NCBI GenBank assembly: GCA_963734215.1
Contig: CAVTGH010000006.1
Coordinates: forward strand, 69,453 to 133,452
Length of the DNA: 64,000 bases
Reading direction: 5' to 3'
DNA from: an uncultured Acidobacteriaceae bacterium
GTDB taxonomy: Bacteria > Acidobacteriota > Terriglobia > Terriglobales > Acidobacteriaceae
Below, in pieces: positions 1 to 9,700 of the stretch. The notes beneath the pieces are model-generated. The model was not told where the DNA came from. It did not search any database and saw only the letters and a list, made by a program, of their open reading frames with translations. Position 1 is the stretch's first letter. Each line of letters begins with the position of its first letter. The position numbers were made by a program, and so were the translations under genes.

Positions 1-676
1 AGTGGGAGCGGTAGCTGTGACCGTTGTCGGTGAGCAGGCGGCGAATGGGGACGCCGTGCTGGGCATAGAAAGCGACGGCGGCGCGCAGGAAAGCGACGGT
101 GGTGTCGGCTTTCTGGTTGGGGAGCATGCGGGAAAAGGCTAGGCGGGAGTGGTCGTCAATGGCGACGTGTAAGGCTTGCCAGCCGGCGAACTGGGGACGG
201 CCGCGGCGGCGTCCATCGCCGCGCAGGGAGACGCGCTGGTAGCGGGTCATGGCTTTGATGTCGAGGTGGAGCAGATCGCCGGGAGCGGGATGTTCATAAC
301 GCACGACGGGTGGGGCGGGATGGAGATGACGCCAGCGGTTGAGGTGAGCGCGCCGGAGGATGCGGCTGACGGTGGCGGGACTGAGGCGGGTGGCTTGGGC
401 GATCTGGTAAGCGGGGCGAAGCTGGCGGCGCAAGGCGATGACCTGAGCGATTAACTGCGACAAGGTTCTGCGCGGGCTGTGCAGCGGACGGGAGGAACGA
501 TCCCGCAAGCCGGGCAAACCCAGGGTGCGGTAGCGGCCGAGCCACTTGGCGGCGGTTTTTCGGCTGACGTTGAACGCGGCTGCAGCCGCGTTCAACGTCA
601 CCCTCTCGACAATGATTTTCTTGGCTAAAGCCTCTCGACTACGAAAGGTAAGTCGGGCATTCTGGTGAAGGTCCAT
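1..676 (-). CDS. IS481-family transposase, N-terminal ~225 aa (ORF runs off the left window edge)
   Basis: Own translation of the minus strand from ATG at 676: MDLHQNARLTFRSREALAKKIIVERVTLNAAAAAFNVSRKTAAKWLGRYRTLGLPGLRDRSSRP...LHLDIKAMTRY...WQALHVAIDDHSRLAFS...TDNGHSYRSH. This is an HTH plus the start of a DDE/rve core, as in IS481. It is absent from the ORF track because no stop lies inside the window. Confidence 0.8.
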   Translation of the reverse strand, partial: MDLHQNARLTFRSREALAKKIIVERVTLNAAAAAFNVSRKTAAKWLGRYRTLGLPGLRDRSSRPLHSPRRTLSQLIAQVIALRRQLRPAYQIAQATRLSPATVSRILRRAHLNRWRHLHPAPPVVRYEHPAPGDLLHLDIKAMTRYQRVSLRGDGRRRGRPQFAGWQALHVAIDDHSRLAFSRMLPNQKADTTVAFLRAAVAFYAQHGVPIRRLLTDNGHSYRSH

Positions 677-779
677 TCGATCGACTCCTGGGAAGCGGAT
701 TGGTCAGCACCATCAGCTTCTCCGGTTCGGAGCGAATGGACTATTCACTTCTTGGGAACAACGTGTTGAAAGATCACAG
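1..779 (-). mobile_element. Partial IS481-family insertion sequence (one end near 779)
   Basis: Transposase ORF plus about 100 nt of upstream sequence ending ...CTGTGATCTTTCAACACGTTGTTCCC (reverse complement of 755-779), which resembles a TGT-type terminal repeat. The other end is outside the window, so the boundary is a guess. Confidence 0.4.
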
Positions 780-887
780 GTGCCCCGCTCAAGCCTTGCT
801 CGGGCGGGGATTTTGAGTTTCCTGGGGGCATACCCAAGACATAATCGGAATTTAACGCGCGCAGCGCCGGATATCCGGAAGCCGCCC

Positions 888-1592
888 CTACCCCCGCACG
901 CTGATCCTGGAAAACGACAGCACCGCCCGCGACGAGATGGGATGCCCCATCGACATGGCGGGACGGAACGTGGTGAAGATCAGCATCCGTTTCACTTGCG
1001 GCAGAAGTTCCTGAGAGTCGCCGGGATCGGAAAGAATCTTGTAATCCTCCACCCGGCCATGCGAGTCCACATAAGCTTCAATCACCAGCGACTCGGCGTT
1101 GATCGAACTCATGGTACCGAACGAACTCTCCTGCAATTCCGGCCCGGTATTCAATACCAGCGGCACGTCCTCAGTGTTGTTCGCCTGCAACTGTCCCGGG
1201 ATCGCCAGGATCGCCGCCACCAGGCCAAAAATCAGCACCGCGCACGCCAGTCCCGCGGTCGCCGGCACCATGAACCCTTCCAAAGTATTTTCCAGCCGCA
1301 CCCGCAAGCCTTCATACGGCCGCCGAGCCTGTGCAGCCTCGCGCGAAATCGCCAGGCGCAACTTCAGCCCCAAGTCCGCAGGCACGCTGGGACGGCCGAC
1401 GCTCGCGAGCAACTGCTGCGTCTTCCGCAGCAAAGCATATTCGCGCGAGCACCCGGAACATGCCTCAAGATGCTCCTGCACCGCCCGCATCTCCGTGCCG
1501 GTGACCGCCCCATCCAGATACGGCGACAACAACTCTGTCACCCGCGAGCATTTCATCGACTTCGATTCCGACATTGTGGCCATATACTTCAT
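888..1592 (-). CDS. Anti-sigma factor (zf-HC2 N-terminus, one TM, TonB-C-like C-terminal domain)
   Basis: N-terminus CSRVTELLSPYLDGAVTGTEMRAVQEHLEACSGCSREY is a zf-HC2 pattern. TM segment AGLACAVLIFGLVAAILAI. C-terminus VIEAYVDSHGRVEDYKILSDPGDSQELLPQVKRMLIFTTFRPAMSMGHPI resembles a TonB C-terminal fold. ATGA overlap with the upstream ECF sigma gene. Confidence 0.8.
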   Translation of the reverse strand: MKYMATMSESKSMKCSRVTELLSPYLDGAVTGTEMRAVQEHLEACSGCSREYALLRKTQQLLASVGRPSVPADLGLKLRLAISREAAQARRPYEGLRVRLENTLEGFMVPATAGLACAVLIFGLVAAILAIPGQLQANNTEDVPLVLNTGPELQESSFGTMSSINAESLVIEAYVDSHGRVEDYKILSDPGDSQELLPQVKRMLIFTTFRPAMSMGHPISSRAVLSFSRISVRG

Positions 1593-2392
1593 GGCGTCAC
1601 CTCGACCCTTCTGCCCCCTCCAGCAACCCCTCGCCGCAAATCCACGGCATCCTCTTCTTCAGGTTGGGTGAGCCCCAGTTCCTCCCCCACCTCGCGCACA
1701 TACGGCGCCAGCCGCTTTTTCAGCGCCTGCCGTCCGCGGGTTAATCGTGACTTCACCGTTCCCAATGAAATCTGCAGAATCTCGGCAATCTCTTCGTAGG
1801 ACATTTCTTCCAGGTCGCGCAGAATCAGCGTGGTGCGGTAAGGCTCCGCGACCTTGCGCAGCTCCGCGTCCACCCGCTGCTGCAATTCGTGCTGCGCCAC
1901 ACTATCGAACGGCGACTCGCGCCGATCGGTCAGCGCGCTCTGCATGGTTTCGTCGCCATTCGCCATGCTTTCCGATTCCGCCGGCTCAATCGAAGTCTCA
2001 TGTGCCTTATGCCGGAACCACCACCGCTTCCGGTTTGCGGCCTCGTGCAGCGCGATGCGGTAAATCCACGTCTTCAAACTCGACTCGCCATGGAAGTGCT
2101 TCATCCCCCGGAACACCTTCAGGAACACATCCTGCGTGGTATCCGCAGCATCGGCGGGATCGCTTACCATGCGATACACCAGCCCATACACCGGTCGCTG
2201 AAATTCGCCAATCAGCCAGGCGTAGGCCACTTCCGAGCCAGCCTTCAGGTCCGCGACAATGGCCGCTTCCTCTGCCCGTGCTCCGATCACGCTTGCCAGA
2301 TCTCCCAAGGTGGTTGCTCCCGCCATGTGTCGGCGTCCTCTGATTATAGGATTTTCCACCCGTCCTGAACCGAAAAAATCGCGGTTCGCCAC
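1589..2392 (-). CDS. ECF-type RNA polymerase sigma-70 factor
   Basis: Region 2 (DTTQDVFLKVFRGMKHFHGESSLKTWIYRIALHEAANRKR) and region 4 HTH (LEEMSYEEIAEILQISLGTVKSRLTRGRQALKK). The true start may be an internal Met. Confidence 0.9.
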   Translation of the reverse strand: MANRDFFGSGRVENPIIRGRRHMAGATTLGDLASVIGARAEEAAIVADLKAGSEVAYAWLIGEFQRPVYGLVYRMVSDPADAADTTQDVFLKVFRGMKHFHGESSLKTWIYRIALHEAANRKRWWFRHKAHETSIEPAESESMANGDETMQSALTDRRESPFDSVAQHELQQRVDAELRKVAEPYRTTLILRDLEEMSYEEIAEILQISLGTVKSRLTRGRQALKKRLAPYVREVGEELGLTQPEEEDAVDLRRGVAGGGRRVEVTP

Positions 2393-2485
2393 TCCCCGAC
2401 CCCGGCCCGCGCTCTCATACCCATAGACTCCGCCGAAGGGCTGCGAGTTCCCACTTGCAAGTGATTTATTTTCAATAGGTAACGG

Positions 2486-2896
2486 TTAGGCCGTGGTAGC
2501 CCGCTCGGTTTCGGCGGGCAGCTTCCCGAGGATCTCCCTCAGGGCGGTGAGTAGTTTCCCCGGCCCTTTGTCCAACTCGAGGGTGGACTTTTCCAGGAAG
2601 CCGACGGCGCCATCGTGCTGCAGCCGGGCCGCGTTCTTCTGCGACATGCCTGTCATTACCACTACCGGAATGGCCTTGGTGCCGGGATCTGCTTTCAGGG
2701 CCTTCAGCACGTCGGGCCCGCTCATCTTGGGCAACAACATGTCGAGCAAAATCAAATCTGGCATTTTCTCGCGAGCCAGACGCAAAGCTTCGTCGCCATC
2801 GATGGCGCTACTCATGTCGTATCCGGCCCGCGCCAGAGCGCGTTCCGTCGCCAGCCTGAGAAACTTGCTGTCTTCGACCAGGAGAATCTTGATCAT
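2486..2896 (-). CDS. Single-domain response regulator (CheY-like receiver)
   Basis: MIKILLVEDSKFLRL...PDLILLDMLLPKMSGPDVLKALKADPGTKAIPVVVMTGMS has the receiver acidic pocket, the phospho-acceptor Asp and the conserved T and K positions. Confidence 0.9.
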   Translation of the reverse strand: MIKILLVEDSKFLRLATERALARAGYDMSSAIDGDEALRLAREKMPDLILLDMLLPKMSGPDVLKALKADPGTKAIPVVVMTGMSQKNAARLQHDGAVGFLEKSTLELDKGPGKLLTALREILGKLPAETERATTA

Positions 2897-3419
2897 CTTT
2901 AGATCTTTAAGCCCTTTGTTTAGATCTTTAAGTCTTGGCTTCTACCGTCCGGAGCCGGGGCGTTTTCCAGAACGTTAAACCAGGAATGAGCGCCCGTCCA
3001 ACATTACTATCGGCAGAATCTGAAGGAATTCCAGTGAGCAGGAGTTACGTTAGAGTTTTCTGAAATAGGTCGGGCCGGCTATTTTGGTGCTCGCCCCGCA
3101 TTCCTTGGATTGAAATTGCCGCTTGTTTTCCGGGAGCGCCCTACTCGGGGCGTTCCCGGTATCCGCTCGCCCGCTTCTTGGGGGAAGCGCTTGCAGGCCG
3201 AGCCATTCTCTTGGGGAGAAGTATGAATGCGGTGTTTCATGTCCACTAATATAATAGACGTTGTATAAAAGAAAGCTTTATTTTGAGGAAACTATTCTCT
3301 ATGCCTTCCCCCTGCCACGAGCGAACCACCGACGACCTCGTTTCCCCGACTTCGCTGTGGCCGACTCGAGGGAGCTGCGGTCGTGGTTCGCGCCTGGCTT
3401 ACTCCTTCGTGGCGTTGGT

Positions 3420-4787
3420 CTAGCTGCCCAGGAACTCGAAAATCTCCACAGTTTTATTCGAGCGAGGAATCGGCGCGCGGTTCAAAATAATTTCTACCAA
3501 GGTCGTCGTGAACGGCCAAAACAGACTCGGCTGGTCCGGCCTCTCTTCTTGGTAGCTCGAGATGTCAAGGTCCACCGGGCCAATCGTCGGTTCTAGCCCT
3601 GTACTGTAGTCTGACCCATAACCTTGGTATCCCACCAAGTCCGTTCCTGTGGAAGCCACGATGCGAATTCTAAGTTTTCTCCCCCCAAGGTTCTGCTCAT
3701 AGTCTCTCAAATTCACATGGAAGCAGCGATAGCTTGGGTCCGCGGCAAAAGGATGGACGTCCTCTTCGAAGTGCCCCACCTCGCTGACGCTGCCGTCCGG
3801 GTTCTGTGCAACGATCGAAACCGCGTAATCCACAATCGGATTATCGTGGCTGTCACGGGCACGTACAATGAACTGTTGCCACGGATCGGCATCGATCTTC
3901 GCCCTGCCCTCTTTGACCACTTGCGTGTTAGCCACGTCCTCGGCGTGGAACTTCTTGAAGTCGTCCTCCGAGTCCACGTCGAGCGCCTTCAATACCAGGT
4001 CGATCAAACCTTGCGGCGGCGAGTGCAGGATCTCGTTATGATTCACTCCCGCAATCGGAATCATCGGTATATCGAGGTCGCTCCACTTCGACCATTCCAT
4101 CTGGTTCTCGGTGCGGCTCAGGTTTAAGGTTATTTTTCGCGTGTTCAGCGCTACGCCCGACCATCGGACTACTCCATCGCTCCCTTTTTGATCTTCGGGA
4201 AGAAAAATCTCCGCCAGCTTGCCGTAGTCGCTTGTCCCGTCAAAAACAAAAACGTACGGCGTGCTGTTGTCCAGGCCGTATAACTGGTCGTCGATCATAT
4301 CTTTATGAGCCAGCTTCCAGGTATATTTGCTCCCTAACTCCAGATTGCTCAAAACCAAATTGCCGGAATTCAAGAAGTCCGGGCTATCGATGTCGTGATT
4401 CCCTTCGAAAATCCGGCCCAGAAGACTGCGCCCCTTGGCCGCGATGGGCGAACCAAACGTCGCCGGCGCCAAAGCAATCAGCCGCTTCAGCAACCCCTTC
4501 CGCGAAACCAGCGCATTCGACGCAGTCAGCCACGCGCGCATCACCAGCATTCCGGTGGAGTGTACGATCGCATCGAACTGCTTGCCAAATAGCCCGTTGA
4601 CGCGGAGCGAATGATTAAAGCCCTCCGCTATGTCATCCACTGTTATCTCATTGTTGAGGGTCACATAGTTTCCGACATATATGTCGGTGACCGCCCTTCC
4701 GCTTTTTTGCAGCGCATCTCGAAAGGTTGAGAACGCATCGCCACTGCTGCCGTATCCATGCAAGAGAACGATCGGGCTCTTAGGCAT
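3420..4787 (-). CDS. Alpha/beta-hydrolase (lipase/esterase-like, PGAP1/DUF676-like N-terminus) with ~250-aa C-terminal region of unknown function
   Basis: PIVLLHGYGSSGDAF (oxyanion region), nucleophile elbow AIVHSTGMLV, later SDGVV and GVNHNEIL as candidate Asp/His. Lower-GC context. Confidence 0.6.
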   Translation of the reverse strand: MPKSPIVLLHGYGSSGDAFSTFRDALQKSGRAVTDIYVGNYVTLNNEITVDDIAEGFNHSLRVNGLFGKQFDAIVHSTGMLVMRAWLTASNALVSRKGLLKRLIALAPATFGSPIAAKGRSLLGRIFEGNHDIDSPDFLNSGNLVLSNLELGSKYTWKLAHKDMIDDQLYGLDNSTPYVFVFDGTSDYGKLAEIFLPEDQKGSDGVVRWSGVALNTRKITLNLSRTENQMEWSKWSDLDIPMIPIAGVNHNEILHSPPQGLIDLVLKALDVDSEDDFKKFHAEDVANTQVVKEGRAKIDADPWQQFIVRARDSHDNPIVDYAVSIVAQNPDGSVSEVGHFEEDVHPFAADPSYRCFHVNLRDYEQNLGGRKLRIRIVASTGTDLVGYQGYGSDYSTGLEPTIGPVDLDISSYQEERPDQPSLFWPFTTTLVEIILNRAPIPRSNKTVEIFEFLGS

Positions 4788-4963
4788 TAGATTCCTCCCG
4801 GCGGACTTACATGACGACGTACATTACGAAAAATGCAGCCACATAGCAAGTTATTTCCCGAAGTCCCTGTTCGGCCTTGGTAGCAAGAGGGCTGACTCAC
4901 CTCTCCTCACCTAGCCTGTAGAAGGAGTAAAATCGTTTTCCCCCGAAGGAACAGGCGGTCGCG

Positions 4964-5627
4964 ATGGGCGGAGTCAGTACCTACGATAGCCTCGGCGTGC
5001 CACAAAGCGTGGCCGTTACGCTCTTCACCGTTTCATTGATTGCGGCCCTTGTCCCCATGTTCTCCGGTGCCGACCTCGGAATTTTCAAAATTCCCGATCT
5101 CGCTCCCGAGTTTCGCCGTCGTTTCAAAATCTGGGGCCCGGTTCTCTTCACCTTGGCTCTGGCGGCCTTCCTGCCCTTGTGGCCAAAACCCGAGGCTCTC
5201 CAGCCTGTAAAAGCAAGGTGGGGACCGGTTGACGGAGCAGCACCGGGAATCTTCGCCATCCATGGTGGGGACTCGACAAAAGGGAAGGAATTCATTCCCT
5301 GGAGCGTGCTCCAGCCGGAGATCGAGAAGATGCTCTTTCCTCAGGTAGGCCAGATTCCGATGGGCAGCCAGACCCAGGTCCGTGGCCTTCAAAGGCAAAG
5401 ACAACTGGCTTGTAAGAGCAGTCGGACCAAACGGCGCCGTCGTCGCTTATATCTGGTTTGGATCGGACCCCGAGAACGGTTGGATGTTCGACAGACTTAT
5501 TCGTGTGGGCACGAGCTCACCGGATGGTTCACACGCTGTCGTTTGGCAGACCTTTCAGAGATACTCTGACGGGTCGTACCTGAGACAAAAGGCAGGCTCA
5601 CAGATCATCCGCAAATCTGAGAACTAA
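4964..5627 (+). pseudogene. Hypothetical 2-TM membrane protein, apparently split over two frames near 5370-5385
   Basis: Frame A (4964..) looks protein-like up to ...IPMGSQTQVR, then turns into Arg-rich nonsense. Frame B (GTG 5382..5627) reads AFKGKDNWLVRAVGPNGAVVAYIWFGSDPENGWMFDRLIRVG..., which looks protein-like. Confidence 0.35.
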
Positions 5628-6117
5628 CACCACCGAATCCTTCGTGTCTCTTTTGCAGGGCCTGCCCGGAGCGAAGCCTAAGGGCGGGATACATCTGCAT
5701 CATCGCCTGCATAACTCTCGCGGACTTCTTAGGGTCCCTATCGTTCAACATCTCTCCCAGAGCCGAGGGAATGATCTGCCACGAGAGGCCATACTTGTCC
5801 TTGAGCCAGCCACACCTTGATTTCTCTCCGCCCTCGGAAAGCTTCTCCCACAGTTCATCGACTTCCTGCTGCGTCTTACAGTTGACGAAGAACGATATCG
5901 CCTCCGTAAACCTAAACAGCGGACCGCCATTCAGCGCGAAAAATTCCTGTCCCTCCAGTTGAAACGTCGCCGACATAACTGCCCCTTTCGGTCCCGGCCC
6001 CGCGTCTCCATATCGGGTAACTCTTCCAACCTTCGAATTCTTGAAGATCGATACATAGAAATTCATCGCCTCTTCGGCTTGGTTGTCAAACCACAAGAAC
6101 GGTGTAATCTTTTGCAT
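5605..6117 (-). CDS. VOC/PhnB-like protein (3-demethylubiquinone-9 3-methyltransferase domain family)
   Basis: [30 protein letters not shown]...[17 protein letters not shown]...[38 protein letters not shown] is characteristic of this family. The last ~25 aa are encoded by a dispersed repeat (see findings). Confidence 0.8.
   Translation of the reverse strand: MQKITPFLWFDNQAEEAMNFYVSIFKNSKVGRVTRYGDAGPGPKGAVMSATFQLEGQEFFALNGGPLFRFTEAISFFVNCKTQQEVDELWEKLSEGGEKSRCGWLKDKYGLSWQIIPSALGEMLNDRDPKKSARVMQAMMQMYPALRLRSGQALQKRHEGFGGVSSQICG
5660..5678 (-). repeat. Dispersed repeat core GGCTTCGCTC(C/A)GGGCAGGC (copy 1, inside the 3' end of the VOC CDS)
   Basis: The same 18-19 nt core recurs at 24950-24968 and 25117-25135 on the plus strand. 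Confidence 0.6.
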
Positions 6118-6200
6118 TGCTCCTCCTTATTTCTAGAGGATATCAGGCAGCCCACTCGCCGCACTCTTTGATCTCGCCGACACCGCCCCACTGAGGGTGC

Positions 6201-6231
6201 CCCACTTCTCGTGTCCTTGGCGAGAAGTGGG
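6201..6231. repeat. REP-like hairpin CCCACTTCTCG-N9-CGAGAAGTGGG
   Basis: Perfect 11-bp inverted repeat read directly. A related imperfect copy lies at 20746-20778. Confidence 0.7.
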
Positions 6232-6551
6232 AGGCACGGAAAACAATCCCGGCCTGTGCTATCATCCGCTCGTTTTATGCTTTTCCCAAGAGTCGATATC
6301 CGTCCTCGCCGCTCCATGTTCTTCTTTGCCGTTCTGGCGATTCTTATGGCCTCCGCCTCTTAATTCTTTAGTTCTTATTCTTGACGCCGCCTGCGTCTAT
6401 CTGTCGTACCTGATTTTAGGCACCGGCGCGGGAGGATTTCAGATCCTTCCCCTCGACTCCAGTTGCGTTACAGAAAATCATATTGTTATCCAACAAACCG
6501 GAGCGTTGCCCTGCGAGAACTTCCGTAGATATAACAAACATAACAGTTTTC

Positions 6552-6565
6552 AACAGTTTACTGTT
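6552..6565. promoter_or_regulatory. Palindrome AACAGT-TT-ACTGTT (candidate operator) in the long leader of the TonB-dependent receptor gene
   Basis: Perfect 6+2+6 palindrome preceded by a direct AACAGTTTT at 6542-6550, about 230 nt upstream of the receptor start. Confidence 0.3.
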
Positions 6566-6795
6566 TGGAACCACAGTTGCACCGTCTGCTATCGATTCTG
6601 CTGTAAGTCTCGTACTCTGTCAGCTTTCTCTTCAGTCGGTCCTAATAGCTGTTCGAAGCTTGTGCACTGATTGGGGGTGTCGGGTGACGGCAGTCTTCGG
6701 ATTTCTTGCCCAAGGGCGGGCCTGGTTTCTCCTGTTTCCTGTCGTCTATTTCTCGGTCAGTCGTTAGCATTCAATCTCTCGGTTCGGAGGAAGCA

Positions 6796-9700
6796 ATGCA
6801 CACGCGAAGCTTCAAGTTGGCTCTGGTTCTCGTGTTGGCGGTTTGTGTGGGCAGTGCCCTGCCCTTGTGGGCGCAATTGACTGATACCGGAACCGTCGTC
6901 GGCATGGTGAAGGACTCGACAGGTGCCGTGGTGGTTGGTGCCAAAGTCACGCTGATTGATGCCGCTACCTCAATACCACAAGCCGCGCTAACCAATGATA
7001 CCGGCCGCTATATCTTCGTGAATGTCAAGCCCGGCATCTACAATATCTCAGTCACTAAAGTTGGATTCTCCACCACGAAGACTGAGCGCCAGGAAGTAAA
7101 GGTCGGAACCACCCTCACCGTCGATCTGGCTCTGCAGGTTGGCGGCGCGAATGTGGTCGTGGAGGTGCAAGCCACTGGCACTGAGCTGCAAACCACGGAT
7201 GCCGCCGTGGGCCAAACCATCACCGGCGACGCCTTGGATTCCCTGCCTGGCCTGGGACGCGACGTGAGCACCTTCGTCACCCTGCAGCCAGGGGTTGCTC
7301 CCGACGGCAGCGTCGCCGGCGGCAACCAGGACCAGAACTCCTTTCAGCTGGATGGCGGCAACAACTCCAGCGATATGGACGGCACCCAGAACACCTACAC
7401 GGCCAGCTTTGCGGGCGATCCCACCGGCGGCCTTGTAAACAATGAAGTCACGGCGACGTCACCCGGTGGCAGCCCGGGCGGTGGTGGTCCTACGGGCGTG
7501 ATGCCGACACCAGCCGACAGTATCGAGGAATTCCGAGTCGCCACCAATAACCAAACCGCCGACTTCAATAGCTCAGCCGGCGCCCAAATCCGGTTGGTAA
7601 CTAAGCGCGGCACCAACCAATGGCACGGCACTGCCTACGAGTACTACCTGGACAACAACTGGGCGGCCAACTCTTTTGACAACGATTACGGCGATACGCC
7701 GAGACCCAGTTACCATTACAGCCGTTTCGGCGGCTCAATCGGCGGTCGTCTGCCTCTAAAGGATTTCCTCGGCGGTAAGACGTTTATTTTTGCCAACTAC
7801 GAGGGGTTCCGCTGGCCGAACTCCGCCACAACCACCCGGGCGACTCCATCGGCGGATATGCGTTTGGGTCTGCTGACTGACCTCGCCAGTGGTATCACCT
7901 ACAACCTGAACCCGGTTCAGGTGACATCAGCCGAGGGTACCGTTTACGCCGCCAATGCCAATTGTGCGGCATTTCCCGGGGGCCTTTGCGATCCCCAGGG
8001 TCTCGGAATCAGTCCCACTGTACAGACCATGTGGCAAGCCATGCCCCAAGGGAATGAAGGAACGAAATGCCTTGGTCTGAGCCGATGCGATGGGGTTAAT
8101 GTCCTGGCTTTCCAAGCAAACTACCCTGTGAAGTGGAGCGATAATTTCGGCGTGGTTCGCCTTGACCACGACTTCAGCGCCAAGTGGCGCTTTTACACTA
8201 CTTACCGCTACTATCACCAGCAGCGCCAAACCGCCAATCAGATAGACATCGCCGGCGGCACGCCCGTTTCGACAGCCGCACGCCCGTCGTTCCCGTGGTA
8301 CCTCACCGCCAGCCTAAGCACCAACATCTCCAATAACGTGACCAACGACTTCCACTACAGCTTCCTGCGCAACTATTGGTCCCGCAAATCCCTCGCAGAC
8401 CCCACGCAAGTGCCAGGATTGGGGGGAGCGCTCGAGCCAGAGGGGGAAACCTCGACCAACGTTCTTGCGCCCCTAAACCTCGACACTCAGGACGTGCGCA
8501 CCCGTTTCTGGGATGGTAAGGACCATATGTTCCGCGACGACGTTTCGTGGATCAAAGGTACACATTTCTTCACGTTTGGCGGGCTCTATCAGCACAATTG
8601 GAACTACCACCAGCGCACCGACAACGGCGGCGGTATCAACTATCAGACAGTCTATTGGCTGGGCGCCGGGGTTGGCTGCGGGACCTGTGCCGACAATGGT
8701 ATGGATATGAGCGGGTATCTGCCGGCGGAGACGACGGGCAGTGTAAGTCCCAAATGGATTCGCGATTATGGAATCATCCTGGGCGTGCCCGGAGTCGATC
8801 AGATTGCCTACACTCGAACCGGCGCAAATCTCACCCTGAACCCTCCGAACACCCCCGCGTACGACCAAAGCACCATCCCCTTCTACAACCTGTATGCGAA
8901 CGATTCCTGGCGCGTGAAGCCGAGCGTGACGGTCAGCTACGGTTTGGGCTGGGCGCTCGAAATGCCCCCGAAAGAGGCGCAAGGGAAGCAGATTGCGTTC
9001 GTGGACAACAACGACAAGATCATCGACACCAAAGCCTACCTGGGGGCGCGCGAAAGTGCGGCGCTCAGTGGCACTGTCTTCAATCCGAATGTTGGCTTTG
9101 CCTTGATTGGGAACGTGGCTGGCCATCCCAGCAACTTTTACAATCCCTTCTACAAGGCCTTCAGCCCGCGTCTCGCCGTGGCCTGGAATCCGAAGTTCGA
9201 CAGCGATTCCCTGGGTGGCAGGATCTTCGGCCACGACAATACTGTCGTCCGTGGCGGATACGGCATCCTCTACGGTCGCCTGAACGGTGTGGGCTTGGTT
9301 TTGTTGCCTCTGTTGGGTACTGGCCTTATCCAGGCGGTTCAATGCATCGGCCCAACGAATACTGGCGCTTGCGCAGGAACCGGCGGATCGACCCCAGCTA
9401 CTTCCTTCCGCATTGGCCCCACCACCAGCGGCTTTGGCGGCCTGGTCGCGCCACTCCCAGCGGGTAGTCCGACTCTGCCGCAGCCAGACTATCCTGGTAT
9501 TAACGCCATTGCTGCCGGCGCCGGATCGGCGACAGACATAAACCTCCGGCCCAGCATGAACCAGCAGTACGACCTCACCATACAGCGCCAACTCAACAAC
9601 AAGCTGTCGCTCGAGATCGGCTACATCGGACGGCACACAACACACGAATTCCAGCCGGTCAACGTCAATGCAGTTCCCTACATGATGACCCTTGGCGGCC

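Noticed and set aside
2900-3420. Possible small RNA or regulatory element in the 520-bp gap after the response regulator (repeated TAGATCTTTAAG, hairpin GGGAGCGCC...GGCGTTCCC).
   Set aside because: It consists only of short repeats and an imperfect hairpin, with no recognisable Rfam-like core. That is insufficient to call a feature.
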